NCBI GenBank assembly: GCA_025839675.1
Contig: CP104013.1
Coordinates: 4,860,001-4,892,000, forward strand
Direction: 5' to 3'
Origin: Candidatus Lokiarchaeum ossiferum
Lineage (GTDB): Archaea; Asgardarchaeota; Lokiarchaeia; Sigyniarchaeales; Promethearchaeaceae
Length of the DNA stretch: 32,000 bases
Below the pieces are notes generated by a model that worked only from the letters and a program-made list of their open reading frames with translations, made no database searches and was not told the origin of the DNA. Positions within the stretch are counted from its first letter, which is position 1. The number at the start of each line of letters is the position of its first letter. A program made the translations under genes and the position numbers. Shown here one piece after another: positions 1 to 9,869 of the stretch.

Positions 1-1615
1 CGGTAATTTGTCCATTATCTTCTCCATCATTAGTGTCTGCGGCTAAAATCATTGCGGAATTTTGTAAATAACTCCCTCCTGGTGCGACGATATCAGGTTT
101 AGCTACATCGTCTGAATCATACCAAAACTTACCTTGACCATCCAAATTTTCACCTTGACTACTATAATAGGTAATTTGATCTTGATCATTTGTTGCTCCT
201 ACAACAATTGCCTTTTGATTTTTTGCAAGCATATTCATGTTGGAATTGATTCCGTTATTGCCTGCTGCAATAATCACCATTGTACCATTATCAATGACGT
301 TATCTATCAAACTTGATATTTTTTGAGCAAGTAATTCATCCATATCGAAATTTCCAACGCTAAGAACCGTCACAAAAATACGATATTTCGTATTGTTATG
401 CCAGACCCATTCTAAAGCAGAAAGTAAATCTGATGAATATCCTAGCCCAGTCGAATTTAAAACTTTTAATGAAGTTATTTTAGTTTCTGGGGCAATACCA
501 GCGAAATTTGCAAATCCCTTTTCATAATTTTCAGGAGTAAAGGTAATATTAAGTTGGAGATCAAATTGAGGGTTTTTTCCCAGTTCTACTGAATATACAA
601 TGTAGATGTCAAATAAACCCACTTTTTTACTTTCATCAAAAGGTCCAGAAGTATCCCAAGATACGTCTAAAGAATTAGATGCGCTAGTATTAATTAATTG
701 ACCATCTTTATAAAATTTTAAATTATATTTCGAGAGATCGATTATATTACTCATCTTTCCCTTAATTTCAAGGTTATCTAATGCTTCAGAGTCCATTTCA
801 AAGGAAGCTAATTTAAGAGAATAGTCTTGGGGAATAATGTGATGAGGGTAAAAAAGATCAAAATGATTAAACCTACCTCCAACGCTTATATAATATCCAT
901 CCCCGCTGTGATTCATCTCAAAAGATTTATTTGCAGATCCAACTGCAATGGATGCAATGCTAGTTCCATGTCCATTAGAATCAATTGGTTCTGTCTCATT
1001 TTCTTCTGAAAAATCTTTCCAACCAATAATAGATCTAGAGAAGTTTAAGTCTCCAAACCCATTTTCAAATCCAATGAATGCATCATCAATACCAGTATCT
1101 AAAAATGCAATCGAACCATTAGATGTTCCATTAAATATCATATTATCTCCTACTGTTGCAGGATAGATATTCAGCTGGTCATGAACTGTATTCATCTGAG
1201 TTTGGATCATTGAATCTTCTACAACTGTCATATTAGGGGTTTGAGATGTAAATAATTTTAAGTTACCTTCAGAATTATTTATCTGGCCAGCAAAACCAAC
1301 GATATTTTCCCAAGGACCTTCCATCAAAATACCCCCACAATTGGAAAAGTTGCTTAAAATGTCATTCATATTAGATTCCATAGAATCAAACAAAAAGACA
1401 TATCTATGAGATTCATTATCATAAACTGAGTTATCTTCTAAAATACTCTGAGATTGAATTTGTGTTACTGGAGTTATTATCTCTTCACTTAATTCTATAT
1501 TTTTGTTGGTGGAATAATCCAATGCTTCTGTCAAATCAAAAATTGGTGTTGAAAAGAGAATCATTACAAATATTATGATTATATTCATAGGCTTTTTTTT
1601 AGACAATGCTTTCAT
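1..1615 (-). CDS. Subtilisin-like serine protease (peptidase S8), N-terminal part; the 3' end lies beyond the left window edge
   Basis: Absent from the ORF track because it runs off the window. My minus-strand translation from ATG 1615 (alternative in-frame ATG 1588) gives MKALSKKKPMNIIIIFVMILFSTPIF (basic N-terminus plus hydrophobic signal/anchor). It continues with AFLDTGID (catalytic Asp motif), DSNGHGTSIASIA (His motif), GIAPETKITSLKVL and IIAAGNNG (oxyanion Asn). A ~120-aa insert lies between the His motif and GIAPETKITSLKVL. The Ser motif is not reached. The start overlaps the stop of the upstream gene in an ATGA (1612-1615). Confidence 0.85.
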   Translation of the reverse strand, partial: MKALSKKKPMNIIIIFVMILFSTPIFDLTEALDYSTNKNIELSEEIITPVTQIQSQSILEDNSVYDNESHRYVFLFDSMESNMNDILSNFSNCGGILMEGPWENIVGFAGQINNSEGNLKLFTSQTPNMTVVEDSMIQTQMNTVHDQLNIYPATVGDNMIFNGTSNGSIAFLDTGIDDAFIGFENGFGDLNFSRSIIGWKDFSEENETEPIDSNGHGTSIASIAVGSANKSFEMNHSGDGYYISVGGRFNHFDLFYPHHIIPQDYSLKLASFEMDSEALDNLEIKGKMSNIIDLSKYNLKFYKDGQLINTSASNSLDVSWDTSGPFDESKKVGLFDIYIVYSVELGKNPQFDLQLNITFTPENYEKGFANFAGIAPETKITSLKVLNSTGLGYSSDLLSALEWVWHNNTKYRIFVTVLSVGNFDMDELLAQKISSLIDNVIDNGTMVIIAAGNNGINSNMNMLAKNQKAIVVGATNDQDQITYYSSQGENLDGQGKFWYDSDDVAKPDIVAPGGSYLQNSAMILAADTNDGEDNGQIT

Positions 1616-4600
1616 GATCCATTCTCCTCCGTTGTGAGTTCTTCTAAGAATTCTTTTAGATTTTTCTTTTTCCATGCAATATCTCTCAAGGATTGGCCAA
1701 AAAGGAGAGATTCCCTTCTCTCTAATTCTAAATCTTCCCTTGAATATTGTGATTTTTTATAATATGTAAATCCGATTACACTCGCTCCCACAATTATAGG
1801 AAGAATTATAATCAAAATGGATTCAAAATAAGATTGCCTAACCATTATTGTCATAACTGGGCTTTCGATAGTCCTTTTATAAATATAACAATAGTTTAAT
1901 TCTGCAGGGTTGATCTGATAGATTCCATTTTTGTTTAAGGTTCGTAAATGATATGTGAAGGTGATAGAATCACCCGGTTTTAACAATTCATAATTTCTAA
2001 TCATACTTCCATCTTCCAACGTAAATCCTTCTGCACTATAACATCGTGTATCATCGATTGTAAAATTACCCATATCAATATTTCCAGTATTGATTAAGGT
2101 TACAGTAATAGAAATGATATCTCTATGCACTGCATTCACAGTATTTAGATCTTTTGACAGAGATGCATTAAAAACTCCTAAATGGAGCAGATTACTGAAT
2201 GACTGCTTCATAAATTTTGTTTCTATTTTTGAATTTATTGTCAATTGAGGGAGTGTGTATCCTCTATAGTTATCTTTCCGATAACTTAAAGTGATTAATC
2301 GGTCTTCTGATGGGACTAAAGAAGATATCCAGATTAAATCGGTCTCATTTAGAAGTGTAAATCCCGTGATATTAGAGTTAAGAGGTATTTCAATATCTAA
2401 GAATGTTGTGGGTTCCAAATTCTTTATTCTAATTTGAACTTCAAATACATCATTTATTTCTGGCGCATTTTGGTCAAAATTGGAGATATATTCAATGCTT
2501 AGGGCATGTTTATGCGGAGTATCACTCGCTGAAAAGTATCTCACAGGTGCGGAGAGGTATTGGTTATTACTCTGTACTCTTTTTATGGTGGAATTTTCCA
2601 TTCTTTCTTCATCTTGCCAAGTTACTGTTGCACTTGGTAAAATTCTGCTATTAGGAACAATAAAATCGAAGGTAATATTTTCATATGAATCTCCTGCATT
2701 TAGAAAATCAAAATAAATGAACAATTTATCACCTATTAATGTAAAATTTCCTGCTGTTGCAACTAAATAGTAACTTTCATCTGTAAATACTTCGGCAATA
2801 TTGTTAATTTCTTTGATTTTACCTGGTAAATCCAGTTCTAAGCTTATATTTTTTGCAGAAGTCATCCCTACATTTGAGATCGATATATTGTAGGTCATTG
2901 TTTCTCCAATTTTTTTATTATATTCATCCATATGCACGAGGGTATTGAGAGAACTTCTATCATCAGTATTTAAAATAAAACTATTAGAATGACTTAGATA
3001 TTGTGTTCCTAACTCCGAACAATATTGAATAATCGCTTGATCATGAAAGATTTCTTGATTGAGTCTCGTTTGAAAAAGCAGCTGAAAATAATCAATATCT
3101 ACTGTAAATTTTTCAGAATTTTCAAATGTAACACGAAGAATTATCGAATAATTTTGATTTTCTCGGTAAAATTCTGAAAGTTCATAATTAATGCTAGAAA
3201 TTGTGAAGTTAATTTTTTCAGGCTCATTTACAGAATAAATTCCAGGAATTGAGATAAATTCATCCCCTTCCTCCCCAGTATCCTGATCAAAATTATAAAT
3301 CTCCAAAGATAAAGTTGTTGAGTTTAATGAATTTTTAAAATACGCTTCAATACCTAACCCATCCAAGCTATTACTTGAATTAATATCAAAACTACTTTCA
3401 TTTTGGAACATAAAATATGTTTGAATTTGATAGGAAGACCCAATTTTTTGAGATTGAAGATTTAAGGTCGTCGAATCATTTTCTTGATATGTTCCAGAAA
3501 TATAAGTATTATCAATTATCGAACCGTATGAAATGACGGGCGATATCCCTTCTATTGAAGAAATATTTAGTGAATTGAATGATTCAAATTGATCTTCTAA
3601 ATTTCCTGTTGCTGCAGATATAGGAATTGTAAAATTATCTCCAGGCATAATTTTCCAATTAGATGGATTAAAAATACTGTCCGAAGAATTAAAGGATTGA
3701 GGATTGTTTGCAATGGTACCAAATGCCTCTGGATTGTCTTCTAAGATTTCTGCAAATTCTGGAGAATAAGGATAGATCATTTCTAAATTTGTTAGAATAT
3801 TTGTCATTTGAGGGTATGTAATATCATAAGTGCCCGAATTATTTGAATCTATATTGAAAAATCGAGGTTCTTCATTGTGAAAAAGATCAGTTAAATTATA
3901 TCCAAGGGTTTCAGTAGTATGAATAATGGCATCACTATCATAACCCAAAAGCTCAAAGAAATTTTGATTAATATCTAAAAGAGTGATTTCTTTTGTTGGA
4001 TCATTAGTTATACCTAAATTGGAAATATCTCTTTTTTGACCCCAAATTTCATCCAATCCACGATTTTCCACAAATATTTCGATTGATGGTTGTTCATCAT
4101 CAAATAATACATTAGATGCGTTTCCTTCTGCTATTTTTTTTTCAATATATAATGAAGGTTCATTTATAATAGGGCGATAGATACAAACAAATTGATCCAG
4201 TGGGGCGATCGTTGAACCTGGAATTCCGAAATTACTTCCAATTCCGCCTAATAGGCTAAGAAAATTAATCGGATCTGAATCATTTGCCAAGTTTTGGACC
4301 GTTGTTGTCAATCGCGTCAAAGATTCGTTTGTTGACCACTGAATCTTGAAGGAATAATTCTTAAAACTCGATAAATCAAATTCATCATCAAATAAAAATA
4401 GAATACTTTCTATCCGTTGGAGATTATAATCTTCAAAGTCAAAGTAACTCGGTTGAGTGGAAATGATTTCAGATGAGATAAACCCAATGTCAATTAAACT
4501 AAGTGAGATTCCATCCATGGAATTGAAACATTTTGAAGAAATTGCTAAATTTTCTCCTTTATAATTGAGTGCTGTAAATAGATCAAATTTATATTCATGT

Positions 4601-5604
4601 TCCCCCACTTCTGAAAATCCTTCTTTATTGCCTTCGTATTGAACTGAATAAATTACAACGTTATCCAGTTCATCTAAATAGGATATTGTGTTATCGTCTT
4701 CTTCATCTTCTTCCTCAATTTCTTCTTCTTCTGGAGGTAATAATTCATTGGGTGAAATATTATCATTGGATGGCCCTTGGGATGAACCTCCACCATCCAG
4801 TCCAAAATTAAATAGTGATGATGAAGTATCAATTGCTGATAGATCCATATTAATTGGAGTATTATAGGGAGCAATTGCTTCTAATTCATTTTCCAACATC
4901 GAATAATGTTTCAAGAATAGAAGACTTGAGCTGAGATGCTGATTATCTAGATAATTTTGGCTTAGAAGTCGATTATCATCGAAAGCACCCCAGTATCCAT
5001 CTTGAGGGGTATTTGAAATTGTCGTTTCAAAATAATTTTTCCAATTTGGGGTGGCACCGTAAAAAGGATAGAAATATCCTCGTTGAGAATCTTCAATAAC
5101 ATCATGAAACAAGAGATCTACTTCAAATAAATCCTGAAATATATCTAACGCTCGGGTTTTACGGGTCTGAACTAAATCGTAGGTGGATCTATTGTCATAA
5201 TATAAAAAGCCCGTTAAGGATAAATATGAGAGTTCAATGGTCTTCAAATCATTGGTGGTTGCCAATTCCGGATTAAGTACTGGTGAAATTCCATTAGAGA
5301 TAGAAAAATAGAATGAACTCCGGAAAAAAGCTGGATCTGAAAGATCGACTCGTTCAAAAATATTTGTGTCATTTGTGATATAAGATTGACGCACTAAGCT
5401 CTCTTTACCTGCTATATTTACAGCAATTTGTTCCGCAAATAATTCATTACCTGATATATCTGATGTTTTTGGGGATTGATGTCTTTCACTATCCTTTACT
5501 GGAATAATTTGTTCAATATTTTCTGTAATTGCAATAGAACTCAATGGAAATATGCATAAGACCATCAAAAGGATTCTAAGATATTTTAATTTGGTTGATT
5601 TCAC
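1612..5604 (-). CDS. Large (1330 aa) extracellular, C-terminally membrane-anchored, probably heavily N-glycosylated surface protein (S-layer/adhesin-like); function unknown
   Basis: GTG start at 5604, preceded by the SD-like GGAGGGG (minus strand, 5615-5621). Signal peptide MKSTKLKYLRILLMVLCIFPLSSIA. One C-terminal TM helix (ILIIILPIIVGASVIGFTYY) followed by a ~50-aa charged tail. Many N-x-S/T sequons. A G/S/P plus poly-acidic linker (GLDGGGSSQGPS...PPEEEEIEEEDEEDDN). Three CARDB/DUF11-like beta-sandwich signatures near the C-terminus (YNISISNVGMTSAKNISLELDLPG, FEVQIRIKNLEPTTFLDIEIPL, ISITVTLINTGNIDMGNFTIDD). No catalytic motif recognised. Confidence 0.7.
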   Translation of the reverse strand: MKSTKLKYLRILLMVLCIFPLSSIAITENIEQIIPVKDSERHQSPKTSDISGNELFAEQIAVNIAGKESLVRQSYITNDTNIFERVDLSDPAFFRSSFYFSISNGISPVLNPELATTNDLKTIELSYLSLTGFLYYDNRSTYDLVQTRKTRALDIFQDLFEVDLLFHDVIEDSQRGYFYPFYGATPNWKNYFETTISNTPQDGYWGAFDDNRLLSQNYLDNQHLSSSLLFLKHYSMLENELEAIAPYNTPINMDLSAIDTSSSLFNFGLDGGGSSQGPSNDNISPNELLPPEEEEIEEEDEEDDNTISYLDELDNVVIYSVQYEGNKEGFSEVGEHEYKFDLFTALNYKGENLAISSKCFNSMDGISLSLIDIGFISSEIISTQPSYFDFEDYNLQRIESILFLFDDEFDLSSFKNYSFKIQWSTNESLTRLTTTVQNLANDSDPINFLSLLGGIGSNFGIPGSTIAPLDQFVCIYRPIINEPSLYIEKKIAEGNASNVLFDDEQPSIEIFVENRGLDEIWGQKRDISNLGITNDPTKEITLLDINQNFFELLGYDSDAIIHTTETLGYNLTDLFHNEEPRFFNIDSNNSGTYDITYPQMTNILTNLEMIYPYSPEFAEILEDNPEAFGTIANNPQSFNSSDSIFNPSNWKIMPGDNFTIPISAATGNLEDQFESFNSLNISSIEGISPVISYGSIIDNTYISGTYQENDSTTLNLQSQKIGSSYQIQTYFMFQNESSFDINSSNSLDGLGIEAYFKNSLNSTTLSLEIYNFDQDTGEEGDEFISIPGIYSVNEPEKINFTISSINYELSEFYRENQNYSIILRVTFENSEKFTVDIDYFQLLFQTRLNQEIFHDQAIIQYCSELGTQYLSHSNSFILNTDDRSSLNTLVHMDEYNKKIGETMTYNISISNVGMTSAKNISLELDLPGKIKEINNIAEVFTDESYYLVATAGNFTLIGDKLFIYFDFLNAGDSYENITFDFIVPNSRILPSATVTWQDEERMENSTIKRVQSNNQYLSAPVRYFSASDTPHKHALSIEYISNFDQNAPEINDVFEVQIRIKNLEPTTFLDIEIPLNSNITGFTLLNETDLIWISSLVPSEDRLITLSYRKDNYRGYTLPQLTINSKIETKFMKQSFSNLLHLGVFNASLSKDLNTVNAVHRDIISITVTLINTGNIDMGNFTIDDTRCYSAEGFTLEDGSMIRNYELLKPGDSITFTYHLRTLNKNGIYQINPAELNYCYIYKRTIESPVMTIMVRQSYFESILIIILPIIVGASVIGFTYYKKSQYSREDLELERRESLLFGQSLRDIAWKKKNLKEFLEELTTEENGS

Positions 5605-5614
5605 TTTTCATTTT

Positions 5615-5621
5615 CCCCTCC
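5615..5621 (-). promoter_or_regulatory. Shine-Dalgarno-like sequence of the 1330-aa surface protein gene
   Basis: The minus strand reads GGAGGGG 10 nt upstream of GTG 5604, inside the 17-nt spacer after the permease stop. Confidence 0.5.
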
Positions 5622-8486
5622 CTATAATGTTTCCCTAAATATTTCAATTAGGTTTTTATTCCGAAGTTTTCTCATAATTAACTTCAACCCTAAGTAAAGT
5701 GATAATATTGACACCCCGTAAATAATTCCAACAATATCCCATGGTATTTTTATCATTTGGGGTGTCTGTGTAAATAATGTCATGTTTTCAGATAATCCTA
5801 AAGCCATAATTGTTCCAATTATTCCTCCCGAAGTAGAGGATGCCAATAGAATAATCAAGTTTTCTACTAAAAACAAATTTTCTACTTCACGACCATGCAA
5901 ACCTAAGGTTCTTAAAATTCCTATTTCACGAGTTCTCTCTAAAATAGATGAGTAGGCAGAAGTCAAGAGTCCAAAGATAGCAATAATAATTGTTCCTAAT
6001 TGAATTAACAAAAACATATATTTGATTACTAAAAATTCAGACTCGGCGTATTCGATGTCCTCGCTTGTTCTATCAATTCTGAGATTTTCTTCTTCAAAAA
6101 TAGTTTCTAAATTTTGTTCAATTATGGTGTGATTATATCCTTCTTTGACTTTAACAAAAATCTTGTCTACAAATGCATCATCTCCGCCTGGAATATTTAA
6201 ACATTTTATATAATTTATATTGGACATGATAACTCCTCCTGTTCCTCCTCCAAAAAGGCCTGCTTCTCTAATCCGGGATAAACCTGGACAATTTTTAAGA
6301 ACACCTACTACTTTACAAATATATGCGCTTTCTTCTGTTCCTCGAGTGAAGGTTAATCTTGCAAGATCATCTTTTCGGATTTTTAATTGACTTGCAGTTG
6401 ATGAAGATATAATGATGTTAATGATCTCTTGATTTTCCTCAAAAATCTGGCTGAATGCTTCATCTTTGTTTCCAGTGGCAAAAACCAAATGAGACTGCAT
6501 CTCTGTTGAGATTGTATCCTTAAAATTTTTATCTATTCCATAGAGCCATATATTGGTGGATGTAAAATCGATATAATCCCCCATGGTGACTCCAAAATCT
6601 TTATTTTCTTCTGAGTAAATATTTTCAAGATCATTTGTTGATGCTAGTAAGGATGATGCTCTCTCAATACCCTCGACTTGCATTATTTGCTCTTGCAATT
6701 CAACAGTGGGTGCATTAATATTATAAGTGCGGGGGCGAATCACAATATCAGATCCACTTTCATAGGCAATTAAGCCTCCAATTTGATTTACTTGAATTTC
6801 CACCATACTAGTCGCGAACATGATGAAACTGAAACTAAGTATAAACATAATAATTGTGCTTAAATTTCGACGTTGGTGGCGATGAATTGTGATTTTAACA
6901 ATATTCATAATTTTTTGCATCAAAGGTTCGAAAATCATCACCAGCAATTTTAAAAAGAAGGGCATTATTCCAACTGCCATTAAAGATACTCCAACTAAAA
7001 ATGTAACAAGTGTTCCCACTAAGATACTTGCTAATAATGCAATTTTAAGTGACAGCATTATTTTTGGAAGTAAAAAGAATACAAAACCACTGTTGGCAGC
7101 TACAAAGAATCCAAAGACAATCAATTTTACATTTGCACTACCTTCTTTTTTAATTTTATATAATTCATCACTATGACGATAAGGGTTTATGGATTCTACT
7201 ATGCTCATTCGCATTACTTTTACTGCGGGGGCTATTGATACAATTAGACTAACGCCGATACCGATTAAATAACTCATCAAAATGGATGTTGGTTGTGCCA
7301 CAAAAACAATATTTGACGCATAACCGTCAGGTATTTCTCTTTCTAACAATGTAAGCGCGACTTTATCAACAAATATTCCTGCGCCGAATATTCCCAATGT
7401 GGTTCCAATTAAAATTATGAGCATTGCTTGCAAAACAACTAACTTTATGTTGTAACTCTTTCTGGCTCCTAAAACTCGATTGATCCCATATTCTCGTATT
7501 CGCTCTTCAACCGATGTAGATAAAATTCCATTTATTAAAATTCCGCTGATCAACATTGAAACAAATCCAATTACGACAAATAATATATTCATTCCCAATG
7601 AGAACATTTCAGAGACATAAAGTAATTCTAACTTTGGATACTCAATATTCCATGGATCCAATCCGATTAATAATTGCATGTCTGCCCCTAATTTAGTTAT
7701 TAAAGCTTCTGTGTTTTCAATATCTCGAATATCATAAATATCTTCACCATTTTTGAATATCATGACGAGTGAATTTGTTTTATTAACCCAATCCATTTCT
7801 CTATATGCAACATTATAGAGTTGATTTGCTGTCTCACCCCACCAACTCATATCTACGACTATATCACTTTCGCGTCCAAGTGGAAATTTCAAATCGGAAT
7901 TAAATCTGCTTAGAATTGTTAAATTTACAGAAGAATTTAACCCTGGTAAAAAAATATTAAATATTTGTCCTTCAGTTAGATTAAATCTCTCCGCAAATTC
8001 CATTTCCACTAAACAACTATTCACCGGGATACCTTCACTTAAATTAAGGGTTGGGGATATATCTATGAATGAACCGAACGAAATATCCTCTTCAAGCTTT
8101 ACATCAAGCGCCCCAAGTTGAGCCCACCTTTCATCTTCCATCGGATTTGATATTGACCCATTTGTTCGGCCCCACATTGTTGTTCTTGGGAGAAAATGTT
8201 CTATTTCGTCAAATTCCTCATGAATTAAGGCTTTAATATTGGGATAATCAAAATAATCTGATCTATTTTCTTCTTCCCCTGCATAATGTCGAACCGAGAG
8301 TCGTAGGTCTTGGTTTCCGCAATCTGCCGTTAAAAAATCAATAAATCCGTATGAAACAGAATCTGTTATAAAAGAGACGGAGGTAAGCAAGAATAAACTA
8401 ACTGCAATCCCCATTACTCCTAAAATTGTTCGAGTTTTTTGTCTAAATAAATCTTTAAAGGCGTACGAATAGAGAAATGAATCCAT
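5622..8486 (-). CDS. ABC transporter permease, fused double FtsX module (MacB/LolCE/FtsX type VII ABC family) with two large extracytoplasmic domains
   Basis: Two FtsX-type signatures: RIREYGINRVLGARKSYNIKLVVLQAMLIILIGTTLG and RTREIGILRTLGLHGREVENLFLVENLIILLASSTSGGIIG. Each follows a ~250-aa non-hydrophobic segment flanked by TM helices. I prefer ATG 8486 (MDSFLYSYAFKDLFRQKTR..., with GAGGA 7 nt upstream) over the track's TTG 8504. Confidence 0.85.
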   Translation of the reverse strand: MDSFLYSYAFKDLFRQKTRTILGVMGIAVSLFLLTSVSFITDSVSYGFIDFLTADCGNQDLRLSVRHYAGEEENRSDYFDYPNIKALIHEEFDEIEHFLPRTTMWGRTNGSISNPMEDERWAQLGALDVKLEEDISFGSFIDISPTLNLSEGIPVNSCLVEMEFAERFNLTEGQIFNIFLPGLNSSVNLTILSRFNSDLKFPLGRESDIVVDMSWWGETANQLYNVAYREMDWVNKTNSLVMIFKNGEDIYDIRDIENTEALITKLGADMQLLIGLDPWNIEYPKLELLYVSEMFSLGMNILFVVIGFVSMLISGILINGILSTSVEERIREYGINRVLGARKSYNIKLVVLQAMLIILIGTTLGIFGAGIFVDKVALTLLEREIPDGYASNIVFVAQPTSILMSYLIGIGVSLIVSIAPAVKVMRMSIVESINPYRHSDELYKIKKEGSANVKLIVFGFFVAANSGFVFFLLPKIMLSLKIALLASILVGTLVTFLVGVSLMAVGIMPFFLKLLVMIFEPLMQKIMNIVKITIHRHQRRNLSTIIMFILSFSFIMFATSMVEIQVNQIGGLIAYESGSDIVIRPRTYNINAPTVELQEQIMQVEGIERASSLLASTNDLENIYSEENKDFGVTMGDYIDFTSTNIWLYGIDKNFKDTISTEMQSHLVFATGNKDEAFSQIFEENQEIINIIISSSTASQLKIRKDDLARLTFTRGTEESAYICKVVGVLKNCPGLSRIREAGLFGGGTGGVIMSNINYIKCLNIPGGDDAFVDKIFVKVKEGYNHTIIEQNLETIFEEENLRIDRTSEDIEYAESEFLVIKYMFLLIQLGTIIIAIFGLLTSAYSSILERTREIGILRTLGLHGREVENLFLVENLIILLASSTSGGIIGTIMALGLSENMTLFTQTPQMIKIPWDIVGIIYGVSILSLYLGLKLIMRKLRNKNLIEIFRETL

Positions 8487-8500
8487 TTTGCTTTCCTCAA

Positions 8501-9529
8501 TCAATCATCGAGATTTGATCTTTCCTTGGATATGTATAAAACACCGCTGTTGATTTTTCCTTTGATATCTTCCTTCTCAACTAATTCTGCCATTAGATCA
8601 TCAAAATGTAATGGGAGATTGCTGATAATATCTGGATTTATTTGTTCTCTAATTTTAGAGAATCTTATCTCATAATTATGGTCTTTAATAGACTCGCGAA
8701 CTGTTTTTAATATTTCAACTTCACATTTTTCCTTGTATTTTGCTTGTAAATCCAATCTCGCAGAGCGCATTTCTTCTGTCTCTTTTAATCCCGAAACTTC
8801 GAGTCCTTTAACTATTTTCCCATCTCTAATATGGACAATACGCGTGCAATATTCTGAAACTGCTGCATCATGGGTTGCAGCAATAAATGTGGCTCCTTTT
8901 CTATTTAAATCTCTTAATAAGTTAAGAATTTCAATTCCTGTTTTTGAATCTAAATCACCCGTAGGCTCGTCCAGCATAACAATGGACGGATCATTAGCAA
9001 AAGCACGGGCAATGGCAACTCTTTGTTGTTCTCCTCCTGATAACTCGGATGGTGTGTGGTGTGCCCGTTCATCTAACTTTACTAATTTTAAAAGTTCCAT
9101 TGCCTTGCGTTTACGTGCTCTTTTAGATAATGTACCTTGAAAATGTAATGGGATCATAACATTTTCCAATGCGCTCAAAAGGGGTAAGAGATTATAAAAT
9201 TGGAAAACATAACCGATCTTATCTCGTCGTAAATCCGCAAGTTGATTTTCATTCAATCGGCTCATGTCCTGTCCATCAAGATAGATTTTACCCCGAGTGG
9301 GATAATCTAAACCACCAATTAAGTTGAGGAGAGTTGTTTTTCCACATCCGCTAGGTCCCATTAGCCCGGTAAATTCTCCCGGTTTAATTTTTAAATCGAT
9401 TCCTCGAAGTGCAGGAACGGCAGTAGCCCCGAGAAGGTAAGTTTTATGCACTCCTTCTACTAAGATTTTATAAGGCGTATTGATGGTTGAAATATCATCA
9501 GTTTTACTAATTGGTTTTTTGATTACCAT
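8501..9529 (-). CDS. ABC transporter ATP-binding protein (MacB/LolD/FtsE-like) with a ~110-aa C-terminal extension
   Basis: Walker A GPSGCGKTT, ABC signature LSGGEQQRVAIARA, Walker B IVMLDEPTGDLD and H-loop AATHD. It lies directly upstream of the FtsX permease. Residues ~235-342 extend beyond the canonical NBD. Confidence 0.92.
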   Translation of the reverse strand: MVIKKPISKTDDISTINTPYKILVEGVHKTYLLGATAVPALRGIDLKIKPGEFTGLMGPSGCGKTTLLNLIGGLDYPTRGKIYLDGQDMSRLNENQLADLRRDKIGYVFQFYNLLPLLSALENVMIPLHFQGTLSKRARKRKAMELLKLVKLDERAHHTPSELSGGEQQRVAIARAFANDPSIVMLDEPTGDLDSKTGIEILNLLRDLNRKGATFIAATHDAAVSEYCTRIVHIRDGKIVKGLEVSGLKETEEMRSARLDLQAKYKEKCEVEILKTVRESIKDHNYEIRFSKIREQINPDIISNLPLHFDDLMAELVEKEDIKGKINSGVLYISKERSNLDD

Positions 9530-9869
9530 GGAGAGTCATCTTTTTTTTTATCAATGGATCAGATATATAGATTCAATCCTAAATGCATTATTTTATTTAA
9601 GACATCACTAAAAAATGACATTGATCGGTTTTTATTAAATGAAAAAAAGTTGATCTAGTTAAAAAACTTATTTCCTTCATTTTTTAAGAAAAAAAGGGGT
9701 GAATTTGTTATGCTTTTAACTTAAATAAAAAAGATAAATATTTTGCAGAATTATAAAATATTCGTTCTGTCGATAATCTTCTCTAAAATCTCAGAAATCT
9801 TCCGATTGGATTATTTGAGAAAAATTGATAAAAATAAAAATGATTTGGGAAAATTATGTTCTCTTTTCA

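Noticed and set aside
134-1166. Track ORFs 134..316, 827..1009 and 948..1166 on the plus strand
   Set aside because: They lie antisense to a continuous minus-strand reading frame with clear subtilase motifs (D-T-G, H-G-T, A-G-N-N-G). Their own translations are low-complexity, Cys/Ile/Asn-rich and typical of antisense AT-rich frames.
9563-9570. CTATATAT (minus strand) ~35-40 nt upstream of the ABC ATPase start as the operon TATA box
   Set aside because: The spacing is plausible, but TATA-like octamers are abundant in these AT-rich spacers. I therefore left it out of the feature list.
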